Below, piece after piece: positions 24,506 to 34,009 of a stretch of DNA of 64,000 nt. The notes under the pieces are model-generated. The model worked only from the letters and a program-made list of their open reading frames with translations. It was not told the DNA's origin and did no database searches. The stretch comes from Epithemia pelagica (lineage: Eukaryota; Protista; Bacillariophyta). Both the position numbers and the translations under genes were made by a program. Numbering within the stretch: the stretch's first letter is position 1; every line of letters begins with the position of its first letter. The stretch is from the NCBI GenBank assembly GCA_946965045.2, contig OX337238.1, forward strand, positions 2,914,001 through 2,978,000, read 5' to 3'.

Positions 24506-27500
24506 TTACAAGGGTGGGGCAGCATCCCTGAGAATGACAGGGCGCCAGGTATTGATCCAAGAGCGAAGAGAAACAGCAGTAGTTTCCGCTGCGAAATGAG
24601 CAGCGGGAGACGAGTAGAAAATATCGCGTTCAGAGGGAGGGAGACGGGTGCGGAATTCGTATAAAGTCGTGACCTCGCGTTGTGCTTGGGCGTAAGATGC
24701 GGCTTCAACTGTTTGGGGTGAATTACCATGGAGGTTGTGATTTCGGGTGATCCATAGAGCATGGATGTGTTTCCATAAGAGTTTAATTGTGCCAGTAACA
24801 AAATGAGTCCCGGAGACTGTACGTGAATGTTGATGGTTGGTGGAGAGATAGTTGTCTTGAAGATTGCGCCATTGAATAGTGAAGCGGCCGAAAAAGATGA
24901 GAGCATATCCGATAAGTTGTTGTTGAGTTACCAGCGATTGATATGAGAGGGAGAGGGTGGGAAAAGACGGTGGAACGTTGGCGAGCCAAGAGTGAATAAT
25001 TTCCGCAAGTAGTAGGTTCAGAGTTGGGTCGAGGGATTGGAGACGCCAGAAATCTTGCAGTTCATCCAGAAGAGGTCCTTTCCATTGTCGGTGGGGACAA
25101 CAAAGAAAGTGAGTGCGAGTCTCGACAACAGAGGGAGTGCAGAGGGGGCATGTTTCTGTGTAGTAAGTGGCATAACGAGAACGAAGATAGCCAAGAGGAA
25201 GCCAATCATGGAGAAACTTAATATGGAATTGTTGACGGGGGAAAACAGTCGTGATAGCGCGTCCGTGTGCCGTCCAATCAATCATCTCGAAAGTCTCGGA
25301 CGACCACTCGTTGCGATTGCATAAGTATTGGCGTAAAGCTTTCCATGTAGAGAGGTAGCGCAGAATAGATCGGTAATTCGAATTGATAGTCCCTTTGGGA
25401 GAATGAAGTATGGCTTGGCTGCCTGTGATAAGAGGGACATGTGTCGATGAGATAGTAGGCGGGTATTCGTATGAGTCTGCCAATCGGTCAGCGTCTACAT
25501 TGAGCTGGGCAGCAAGGGTCAGTGTTGGATATGGTCGCAGACGATCTTGGTGGCCCCGAACATGTAGGAAACTTGGAGTTTCAGGGAGTTGTCTGATAGA
25601 TGTACTAATCGATTGTTGTATATCCCAATCTGCTTCCATCGTAGAGTATGGGAAGTCATAGACCCATTCCAGTCGCTTTGCCACGGTATTGATCAAACTT
25701 TTGGAATCGGTATAGAAGATTAATTGTGTCGGAAGACTGAAGCCATAAGACGTCGTAAGATGAATCACAGCACGTAGCAATGCAAGCATTCCATAACTCT
25801 CCGACCTGAAAGACGAAGTACGATAACCAGGAGCAGGACCGCTTAATTGAAAAAGGCGTTGTCCAGTATCCGTGCTGCAAATACAGCCAAATTTGCCAGT
25901 GAACATAGCCGCTGAGCCATCGCTGCACAAGAAGAGGCGGACAGTCGGAGTGGCGAAGCTTTGTTGGATTTGTTGAGGTGGGCAAAGGAGGACAAGTTTG
26001 GACATTAGGTGTTGATCCCACTGTTCGAGAGAAGAGACGTAATCGGGAAAAGTCTGGGGTGGTGGTGGATCGGAAGGTAAGGCTTGAGGACGGCAAGGCA
26101 GAATAATGAAAGCGGGACCGGAGTGGTTGACATGAACGGGCACTGCTGTCGATGGGGGACTTGGAGAGAGTTGAGACGTTGGAAGAAAAAGTGGGTGTTG
26201 GTACCAGTAGTGTCGAAAACTATTGGGAGATTCGGCCACATAGAGTTTGGAGCTCGGGCAGTCAACTAGGAATTTCCAATGGCGATGTAATTTCTGTCCA
26301 GGTACAGTCCAGGAACCGAGAGGGTGTGTCAGCATTCGTGTGACTCCTGTCTGTCTGACTAAGTCAAGGTATTTGTCCCACTGTTGCCAAGCACGGGGAC
26401 CTGGCCGGTCTTGGTACGGAATCAGACCGTGATGAGTCGAGAAATCGTCATGGCGATGTTCAATGGTAAACAAAGAGAGTTTCGTGCCATCAGGAGTTGA
26501 TACATCACTGAGCAATGTCACACCCAGATAGATACGGCATGCATTGAGCAGAATCAGTTCCGTTGGAGTGAATTGTGACGACTCTAATGCGATATCCATG
26601 AGGAAACGATCGTTGACTCGTTGGAGGGCGGGAAGGAATTTTGATTCAAGTTCAATGTTGCAGTTTGCTTTGTGGAGGAAGGTTCGCACTTGTGGAATCC
26701 ATTGTATCGGTACCAAGTGTGGCAACGGTGTCTCGACATCTTCAAATATGGAAATGCTAGTACCCGCGAGAAATTGAGCCCACGAGATCGCGATCTTGGC
26801 AAGTTGTGCCGGAACTCCTGGTGATCTGAGACACGCTAGCAGTAGGTAAGTCTGAGAAATTCCACGCTCCACTGAAAGTGTTCGCAGTCCGATTCCTCCT
26901 AATTCTGCTGGTCCGTAGACGACTGCATTTGGCATATGGCGATTGAAGCCATACTTGGGTAAAAAGGCTTTCTTGAACTGGACTTGTAAAGCATTGCAGT
27001 GGGCATCAGAGAGGGAGGACGATGGTAGCGGGTATGATATGCTAGGGAGGTAGATAGCATGGTAATAGGCCCAGGCGTCGGTTCTGGAGAAAGGGCTGGT
27101 GGCCATCACTGAAGTATGAGCTTTGTTCTTTTTCGCAAGAGCGAGGTATAGCCCTTTATCTGTTCGATGTGGCGATTTCTGTACACCCAAAGTCTTGTGA
27201 CTCCGATAGGAAGATAGTTGTTTGATCGGTATTGTTTGGTCCGAATCATGGAAGTGAATTGTAATTTGAGGTCCGAAGGTTCCAGATTGTAAGGACGCAA
27301 GCCCATCCACATTGAACGTGTAATACAAGAAGTGATAGGAGCATTTCTCGACATTAAGTGCGCCTCCAGACAAACTAAGCAAGTCGTTCCATCGTTGTGC
27401 GTCTTCTTGTGCCTTGGCAATGTAATGTTCTGGCGTTGCTGGTTGGTCGCGCGAGAAGTCATTGACGCTGCCGCTGGTATCATCCACAAACCCGATCATG

Positions 27501-30500
27501 TGTAGAGCAGTTTTCACAGAACCATCAGGGCTGCTAAACATAGCGCCATGTGCTTTGTCCTCGTAGGTGTCAAAGAGAATCGTAGAAATGACACACCAGA
27601 TTGCAGGTGAGTTGCCGGCTCCTTGTCCCGAGCCATATATAGGGTACAATTGGCAATGTTGGTAATGCCGTTCAGACACTCCGAGCTGTGTCTTTAAATA
27701 GTACTTGGCTTCTTCCAATGTCTTTGCGTTGATAAAGACGATCGACCTGTGTTGGCCAAAGCTTCTAGACGCGAGGCTTCCGAAGGATAAGACGATCCGG
27801 TCGTAGCAAGCGGTTGCATCATAGTCCAGGTGGACTAGTGGCCGCTTGCTAGCTCTTGATATTTCGTATTGAAGTTCTTCGCATAAGGTCGGGATTACAG
27901 CGTCTCTACCTGGGACTCCACCAAATTGCATTGGGTGCAGAGTTCGTTGATTGGTATTTAAGTGTATGAGCTGGCGCCACTTGATCGCCAGAACAAGGTT
28001 GTAGTCTTGTTCATAAAGATGGATGACACGAAGTCGATGGATCCGTAGATTGTTCGGTTCTTTCAGTATCGTCACATTGACAATGTGTTTCCACCTGTCG
28101 TACGAGTATTTGTTGACGAGTGCGCAATTTATTAGCCCGACTTGCCACGCGATGATTTGTTCCCTCTTTTCCTCTAGTTCTTGACCTTCGTCTGTTGTTG
28201 TGTCTAGGTCGTGAGAAGCCACCAATGCTTTGCTATGGCTAAGGTGAAAGCCGGATGGAGACGTTGATGTGGACTCTGGCCATGCTTTGATTTTGCCAAC
28301 CCATTCCTCGACGGTGATAGGAGCTGGAACAGCGTCAAGTGTAACTCGAGCCTTCATGTGATTGATGAGCGATTGCTGCATTTCATCAAGTTCCGGCCGT
28401 TGCCAATTTCCTTCTAATATGAGCTCTGCCGTATGAGTTGACTCCCCCCAATCGCACCATTCCGAGAATGGTGGTTTGGTGGGAAAGGTATTATGTGCTT
28501 GTCCAAAGTGGTGTCGGTTTCTGGTGAGCAATCGATCTTCTATTTCCGCGGGAGTATCGATAGTAAGCCATTCCGTGCATCCACTGTAGTCAGTCGTGGT
28601 AGGATCGGCTGGAACATCGAGTCTGGTTATGCCCGTTTTCAAATTACCGCGGCATTGTCTGAGCTTTTTATACATCGCTTTCGTGCGTTCTGCTGCAATC
28701 CGATGCTTCAAAGCTTTTGATTGTTGTTTATTCCCCTCGAGAACGGCTTGTTGGAGCTCATCTTGCAGGGCATTGTGTCTTCGCTGTACTGCATCCTTCG
28801 TCATCTCGCGTATCTGTCGCTGAACCACTCTGCATTCATGCTGACAAGCTTCGAGGGTGTGGGGTATATTGATCACAGACTGATTGCGGGTAGTGTATGC
28901 GATTCCCGACTCAAAAGATTTACCCCATTTCTCTGCCGATATCAATTTCAGTAGGAGATTTTTGCGTTTCCTGAGACTGGCTAGTTGCTTTATGAATGGA
29001 ATACTCCTCGGTTTCTTTGCACATCTTCGACTTGCATGCTCGCCTGCTCGTTGAAAATCCTTGTCCAGACGTTCTGCGAGTCTTGGGTTCCAGTTCTGTT
29101 TCAATCGCTCAAGTCGCTGTGGAAAATTGTGCTCAATCAAGAACTTGTGTTTGTGGATGAGATAGTTTCTGTTTGAGCTTTTATCCTTGCTCGTAAAATC
29201 GCGGCTTGCAATGGGACCCAGTGTTTGAGTGGCGTTTCCGAAGAGTCTTTCGACATCCAAGTCTATTACCATGTTTCGATGGTCGTTTGGTATCTCTCTA
29301 TGTTGAAAGGGTTCGTAGCATGCCCTGACGACTGATGTTGAGACATGTGTTGTGCCCAAAGCGTAATCGATGCGTTCTTGTCCGTTCACAAAGGTAGCAA
29401 AAGACGTGTCACCGATCTGTTCTCCCATTAGGTCGTGTAATTCTAACTCGGTGCAAAGTTTTGACATTCCCTCGTGGATATTGGATAGTGCCTCGTTGAA
29501 GTCGCCCAATAATAGAATTTCTGAGTTACGGGCGCGGCGCTGTCGGATGAAGTCTGTCAGATCCGATATAAAAGCTTCGCGTGGAGACATTGATCTGTTC
29601 TCCTGTCGGAGCATTGAAAGCTGTTGTGCTGAGGCTGTGAAAGATCGAACTCTGTTGTTGTTTTCAGTCAATAGTGCTTGTTTGCACACTTGGTACGCAG
29701 AGACGACGGTGAGAGTTTTGTTGTTACGGCAGGAGAACACTTGGTATGACCACCGTCCCATTCTGTCTGTGCCTTGTTCCGTGATTCTTCCTGTCGATTT
29801 ACCTTGCGATGCGATCAATGTGCCTCCGGGCTTGTAAGGAGTAGGTCTTGGTGATGGAATGTTAGTGCTACCGAAACTGAGTCTTGAATGTTCGCAATGT
29901 TGTTGGATTGTAGAATGGAGCATGTTTCGGACTTGAGCTTGAGTAGTGTCTACGTTCGTCTCATAAAAACACCACGTGTCCGCGTCAAGACGATTCAATT
30001 CTTCGCAGTACTCGGCAAAGGTACCTCCTCTTGACATCAAAGTTTTGAATCCGTTAGGGTTGCATCCAAAGATGCGATATACATTTGCTGGCTTGACATC
30101 TTGTGTTTCCGGCCCAATAAATTCGTCTGTCGCGTAAACCATTCCTGGCGGGTGGATATGGATGCCATTCTCTGCTTGTTGTAGTATATCGCCGTCGACG
30201 CTCTCGACATCGTCGTTGTTCGTGTTGACTGGGATAGTTGTTTGTTGTTGGTTTACATTGACACGCAAGGCGTCATCGTTGTTCGGGTTTGCTGGGATAG
30301 TTGTTTGTGGTTGATTGGCGTCGACACGCAGGGCGTCGTCGTTGTTTGGGTTTACTTGAATTGTAGTTTGTCTTGGTGTGTCGTCGGCACTCGAGGCGCC
30401 ATCGTTGTTTGGGTTTGCTGGAATAGTAGTTGTGGTATTGGTGGATGTGTTGTCGTCGACACTCGGGGCGTCGTCGTTGTTTTCTAAATCCTGATCGGTT

Positions 30501-30601
30501 GTTGGAAGGGAATGACGTATGAGTAATGCTAGTGGATGTGGTTGTTGTCGCAATGAATTGTTGGTTAAATTTAGATTGCTATCATTCACCATCTCACTCA
30601 T
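24506..30601 (-). CDS. LINE ORF2 polyprotein (2031 aa): APE endonuclease, reverse transcriptase, RNase H, C-terminal Cys/His motif
   Basis: APE motifs: RIFGCNPNG, PGGT, LLGDFN, RIDYAL, DHR. RT motifs: QFGG, LDYDATACYDRI, GSGQG, GFVDDT. RNase H motifs: SDGSA, RSESYG, YTDSKS, HVRGHQD, NVDADRLA. Zinc-knuckle-like CPLC...ETRTHFLCC. Confidence 0.95.
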   Translation of the reverse strand: MSEMVNDSNLNLTNNSLRQQPHPLALLIRHSLPTTDQDLENNDDAPSVDDNTSTNTTTTIPANPNNDGASSADDTPRQTTIQVNPNNDDALRVDANQPQTTIPANPNNDDALRVNVNQQQTTIPVNTNNDDVESVDGDILQQAENGIHIHPPGMVYATDEFIGPETQDVKPANVYRIFGCNPNGFKTLMSRGGTFAEYCEELNRLDADTWCFYETNVDTTQAQVRNMLHSTIQQHCEHSRLSFGSTNIPSPRPTPYKPGGTLIASQGKSTGRITEQGTDRMGRWSYQVFSCRNNKTLTVVSAYQVCKQALLTENNNRVRSFTASAQQLSMLRQENRSMSPREAFISDLTDFIRQRRARNSEILLLGDFNEALSNIHEGMSKLCTELELHDLMGEQIGDTSFATFVNGQERIDYALGTTHVSTSVVRACYEPFQHREIPNDHRNMVIDLDVERLFGNATQTLGPIASRDFTSKDKSSNRNYLIHKHKFLIEHNFPQRLERLKQNWNPRLAERLDKDFQRAGEHASRRCAKKPRSIPFIKQLASLRKRKNLLLKLISAEKWGKSFESGIAYTTRNQSVINIPHTLEACQHECRVVQRQIREMTKDAVQRRHNALQDELQQAVLEGNKQQSKALKHRIAAERTKAMYKKLRQCRGNLKTGITRLDVPADPTTTDYSGCTEWLTIDTPAEIEDRLLTRNRHHFGQAHNTFPTKPPFSEWCDWGESTHTAELILEGNWQRPELDEMQQSLINHMKARVTLDAVPAPITVEEWVGKIKAWPESTSTSPSGFHLSHSKALVASHDLDTTTDEGQELEEKREQIIAWQVGLINCALVNKYSYDRWKHIVNVTILKEPNNLRIHRLRVIHLYEQDYNLVLAIKWRQLIHLNTNQRTLHPMQFGGVPGRDAVIPTLCEELQYEISRASKRPLVHLDYDATACYDRIVLSFGSLASRSFGQHRSIVFINAKTLEEAKYYLKTQLGVSERHYQHCQLYPIYGSGQGAGNSPAIWCVISTILFDTYEDKAHGAMFSSPDGSVKTALHMIGFVDDTSGSVNDFSRDQPATPEHYIAKAQEDAQRWNDLLSLSGGALNVEKCSYHFLYYTFNVDGLASLQSGTFGPQITIHFHDSDQTIPIKQLSSYRSHKTLGVQKSPHRTDKGLYLALAKKNKAHTSVMATSPFSRTDAWAYYHAIYLPSISYPLPSSSLSDAHCNALQVQFKKAFLPKYGFNRHMPNAVVYGPAELGGIGLRTLSVERGISQTYLLLACLRSPGVPAQLAKIAISWAQFLAGTSISIFEDVETPLPHLVPIQWIPQVRTFLHKANCNIELESKFLPALQRVNDRFLMDIALESSQFTPTELILLNACRIYLGVTLLSDVSTPDGTKLSLFTIEHRHDDFSTHHGLIPYQDRPGPRAWQQWDKYLDLVRQTGVTRMLTHPLGSWTVPGQKLHRHWKFLVDCPSSKLYVAESPNSFRHYWYQHPLFLPTSQLSPSPPSTAVPVHVNHSGPAFIILPCRPQALPSDPPPPQTFPDYVSSLEQWDQHLMSKLVLLCPPQQIQQSFATPTVRLFLCSDGSAAMFTGKFGCICSTDTGQRLFQLSGPAPGYRTSSFRSESYGMLALLRAVIHLTTSYGFSLPTQLIFYTDSKSLINTVAKRLEWVYDFPYSTMEADWDIQQSISTSIRQLPETPSFLHVRGHQDRLRPYPTLTLAAQLNVDADRLADSYEYPPTISSTHVPLITGSQAILHSPKGTINSNYRSILRYLSTWKALRQYLCNRNEWSSETFEMIDWTAHGRAITTVFPRQQFHIKFLHDWLPLGYLRSRYATYYTETCPLCTPSVVETRTHFLCCPHRQWKGPLLDELQDFWRLQSLDPTLNLLLAEIIHSWLANVPPSFPTLSLSYQSLVTQQQLIGYALIFFGRFTIQWRNLQDNYLSTNHQHSRTVSGTHFVTGTIKLLWKHIHALWITRNHNLHGNSPQTVEAASYAQAQREVTTLYEFRTRLPPSERDIFYSSPAAHFAAETTAVSLRSWINTWRPVILRDAAPPL
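30200..30485 (-). repeat. About five 63-bp (21-aa) tandem repeats at the ORF2 N-terminus
   Basis: Translated units of the form NNDDALRVDANQPQTTIPANP. Confidence 0.8.
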
Positions 30602-32575
30602 GATTGCATGCTCGTGTTGGCCAGGGACCCGTCCGCGTGCAAGGACGGGTTTGCCTGGACCATGCTCACGTCAAGCTTTGGCGTGGCCGGTTGTTCAGAG
30701 TCGTCTTCGATACGCCTTTTCATAGGGGCTTGACTCTGGTTTTCATGGTGGTTTGCATTTTGAGATGCAAGTGCCGTTTGATGAGGAGGGTTGTGATGAA
30801 CTGGTGTTTGGGGCAATGGCATATGATTTGGCGGCATATGTTGATGATTCGCAGGGGTTGGTGGATGTTGTGGCCACAAGTTGGTTGGCATTGGTTGTTG
30901 TTGGTGTGGGGCGTTGACTGGGCTCATATTAAACTGTGGTGGGGCCTGATATTGGTATTGAGGAGAGAAGTTCTGTGGCGGCATGAAGTTCTGTTGCATC
31001 ATCATTGACATTTGATGTTGCATCGCTTGCATCATTGACTGCATCATTTTGTTTTGGGCGGATTCGTGGTTTTCCTCTTGTTTCGTGACGAATGATTTGA
31101 ATGCATCTTTTAATTCTTTCAATTCGTTTTTAAGGTCCACGTTTTCTGATTTCATGCGTTCGTATTCTTCATTGGTGACTTGACTTGTTGAGGTCTCTGT
31201 CGTCGTTGATGTGACTACTGTCTGCACCGGTGCGACCATTTTCCACGCTTGAGCAACAGGCCTTGTCCTGCTTGGTGGGTTTGTGTAGCTCTCGTTCGTG
31301 TCATCACCCAACTCGTCGGTCTCGTTTGCAGTGTGCAAAGAGTTCAATGCTGAAACATAGGTCGCATAAGAGCCTCCATGGTCCGTCGATTCGTCGTCAT
31401 GTCCGCCCGTTCCTTGGCCGTATCCTTCATGTCGAAAGGCTAGTCTTGGTGGTAGATCGAATTCCTTGGGATTGAGTCCACGCGCACTGCGCTCTGCTAT
31501 CACTAGCGAGACTATAGAGACTCTCAAGGCACTCTTCAGGTTTTCAAAGTGCTTGTCGGTTGTGTGGACATTAAAGCGTCCAATACGGTCTGAGTCTTTG
31601 TGTCCGGTAACTCTGATCACGCCTTCAAATTGATGAATGATCCTGTCTTTGAGAGACCACATGATGGATGGGTGCACTCCTGCAATTGGTATGATCCGAC
31701 TTGAGTTGAGATACAAGTTCTGATCTTGTAGCAAATTGCAATACGTCTTTTTGTCATAGAAAAATAAACTTCGGATCTTGGACATAAGTTTCTTGGAGCA
31801 ATTCGAGTAGTGCCTTGGCGTCGTGTTGGCGGCATTGTAAATCAAACGCTTTGGTGTTCCACTTGTTATCTCCGTCAAAGAGAATTGGAGAGGAGTAATT
31901 GCACTTGAACTTGGGGATCTTGTTTCTCGGTTTATTTGTCTTTTCGATTATCTCCAATATGACTGACTCGATCATTTCTTCTTGCGGAATGTTACTCGGG
32001 TCGTAGCCCACGAAGAATCCTAGATTCGCAATTCTCGTCTCATTCTCATTCCAGAGGTGCTGTGTCATTTTCGCTTTGACAAGCTTGAGCCTTTCCTGTA
32101 CAGCAGAGTGGCGACGTATTTCACTAATGGATACCTTTGATTGGAACCTGTGAATGACGATATACATGGGCTTGCGTTTCTTCGATTCGTTTCCCTTCGA
32201 GTAATGGAGGTCGAAATGTCGTAGGTACGCCGAGTATGTCTTGAGTGCTTCCAATTTCTTCCTGTTGAGCTTCGAACCTCTGTTGTCAAATATTTTTACT
32301 TCCGGATAAACTTGAGAAATCGTATACAGCGTGTCGTAGTGGAGTTTAGCGACGTTTCCGTTTTGGTCTTCTTCAGGTCGAAACACAAATTTGATTGTGT
32401 ACTCCTTTTCTTCTCCTTCGTACGGTATCGGATGATACACAGTGGTGATCTCAGTGCTTTGGCTTGCATCGTCATCGTTGTTGTTAGAGGCATTTGCTAA
32501 GTTGTTGTTGGTAGTGGTCGGTTGAGACTCCGCCATAGGGGCGTCGTTTGTACCGTATTGAGGTTCTTCCGCCAT
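30598..32575 (-). CDS. LINE ORF1 (about 660 aa if joined), split by a +1 frameshift near 31755-31765
   Basis: ORF 31754..32575 ends ...QDPKFIFL*, and the overlapping ORF 30598..31878 continues YDKKTYCNLLQDQNLYL. It has a coiled-coil-like EEYERMKSENVDLKNELKEL segment and a Q/M/P-rich tail, and lies directly upstream of ORF2. Confidence 0.75.
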
Positions 32576-32746
32576 GGTCGACGTGGATCTTGCACCAATG
32601 ACAATCGAGCTTTCGGGACACTTTCTGGGATTTCTTACACGATAAAACTACGGGGAACCAGAAACTATTGGACAGATTACACGTAGGACTATGCCTTTCA
32701 ATTTCGTCTGCCCACGAAATTGTTGTCGGTGCATCCTTCACAGTGT

Positions 32747-33031
32747 TGTCGGAATCAAAGAATTAAGTCGCTCTTCATGTCGTGATCCCGAAGTGGTCGC
32801 ACATCCAAATCCTTGGGATAGAAACCGCATGGGAGGCGGTTATAGATCACCTAGATCTTGGATGATTTCGATCTCAACTGGCACAACAACAACTCCCATC
32901 TTGGACATCACTCTAGTCGTAGCACTCACTCTTTCTAGATCGATCATTTTGAAAAGTAATTCGTCTACATTTACATCTCTATTGCTTCTGTGCACGGAAG
33001 ACTCCATTTGGGCCAATCTAGTGATCCAACA
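32747..33031. mobile_element. Solo LTR (285 bp), probably Ty1/copia-like
   Basis: Termini TGTCGGA...TCCAACA (TG...CA imperfect inverted repeat) and a 5-bp duplication AGTGT at 32742-32746 and 33032-33036. Absent from the homologous sites at 17322, 38304 and 45362. Confidence 0.75.
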
Positions 33032-34009
33032 AGTGTACTAGAGAACGAGCGATGATGAGGCTATAATGATTGATATCGAGACCAAACAACAGAAAGAAGA
33101 AGACTCCAGTCGTTGAAGCGTTTAATGCTTAGTTGTGATGGTCTTCATCATCATCATCATCATCACACCGAAAGTGAACAAAAAAGTCTCTCACTTTTTC
33201 TCCGACAACACAGCGTGGGGCAAGCCAATGTGGAAGAAGAAGAAACCAACAGAGGACCCAGCAATTGGCCTGAGATAGATCATTGGTGGAAACGCACGAG
33301 ATGCTTTGTTGTGATGGTCTTCAAGATTGGAGAAAGAGTCCTGGTCCCTTTACTATGGGTATTTGCCCTGTAGTATTTGCACCGGATGCATTTATTATTG
33401 TTCTTATTGCTTCCCCACGTACGGTGGATGATTTTCCTATCGTGGGTGCCAATTTCAATTGATCTCGATAGAATGGCTTCTAGCATTGTTGCATCTTCTT
33501 CGCGTTTGCCGGTTTGGGACAATCATGTTTGATCGATGATTGGATTGGAACCTATGAATTTGGTCCGCTTCGTTTTGCATGGACGATGAACTAGCGCTTG
33601 ACTGCGATCCTGATGTATTGTGCAAAACAGCCAGAAGGAATTTGAAAAGGGCCTCAAGACTGCAACGGACAAGTACTGCCATATACAGTGGCAAAGGGGT
33701 TCCAAGAAAGTGGAATCTCCGGATTTGTGCGGGGGTGGCTTTGTGGTGGATGGTTTTAGACCCGTTTATCTGTCCAAGATCATCCATCAAAGAAGGATGG
33801 TTTTGAACCCGTTCATCTGTCCAATGCCATCCCTCCGATGAAGGATACCATGATTGAAATCGCCATCGTTGAGGTGCGTCCGTCGCAGCTGCCGTCTTTC
33901 GTTCCGGTTTTGGTGTAAAAGGTCCAGATCTCGTTCGGAGTTCATTTTCGTATTTTTTGAGGAGCAAGAAGGTCCATTCCTTGCTGTTGTCATGAAATCT
34001 CAAAGTATC

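Larger units (their letters stand above)
24360..32725 (-). mobile_element. Full-length non-LTR retrotransposon (APE-RT-RNase H, Ambal-like), about 8.4 kb
   Basis: Two ORFs, with target duplication TCGGTGCATCCTTCACA at 24343-24359 and 32726-32742. The empty site is visible at 17306, 38288 and 45346. The clade assignment comes from recalled domain architecture, not from a search. Confidence 0.93.

Noticed and set aside
32484-32741. Short ORF (K)DAPTTISWADEIER... across the LINE 5' junction
   Set aside because: It starts at a GTG contributed by the target site and is short, with no support as a real uORF.
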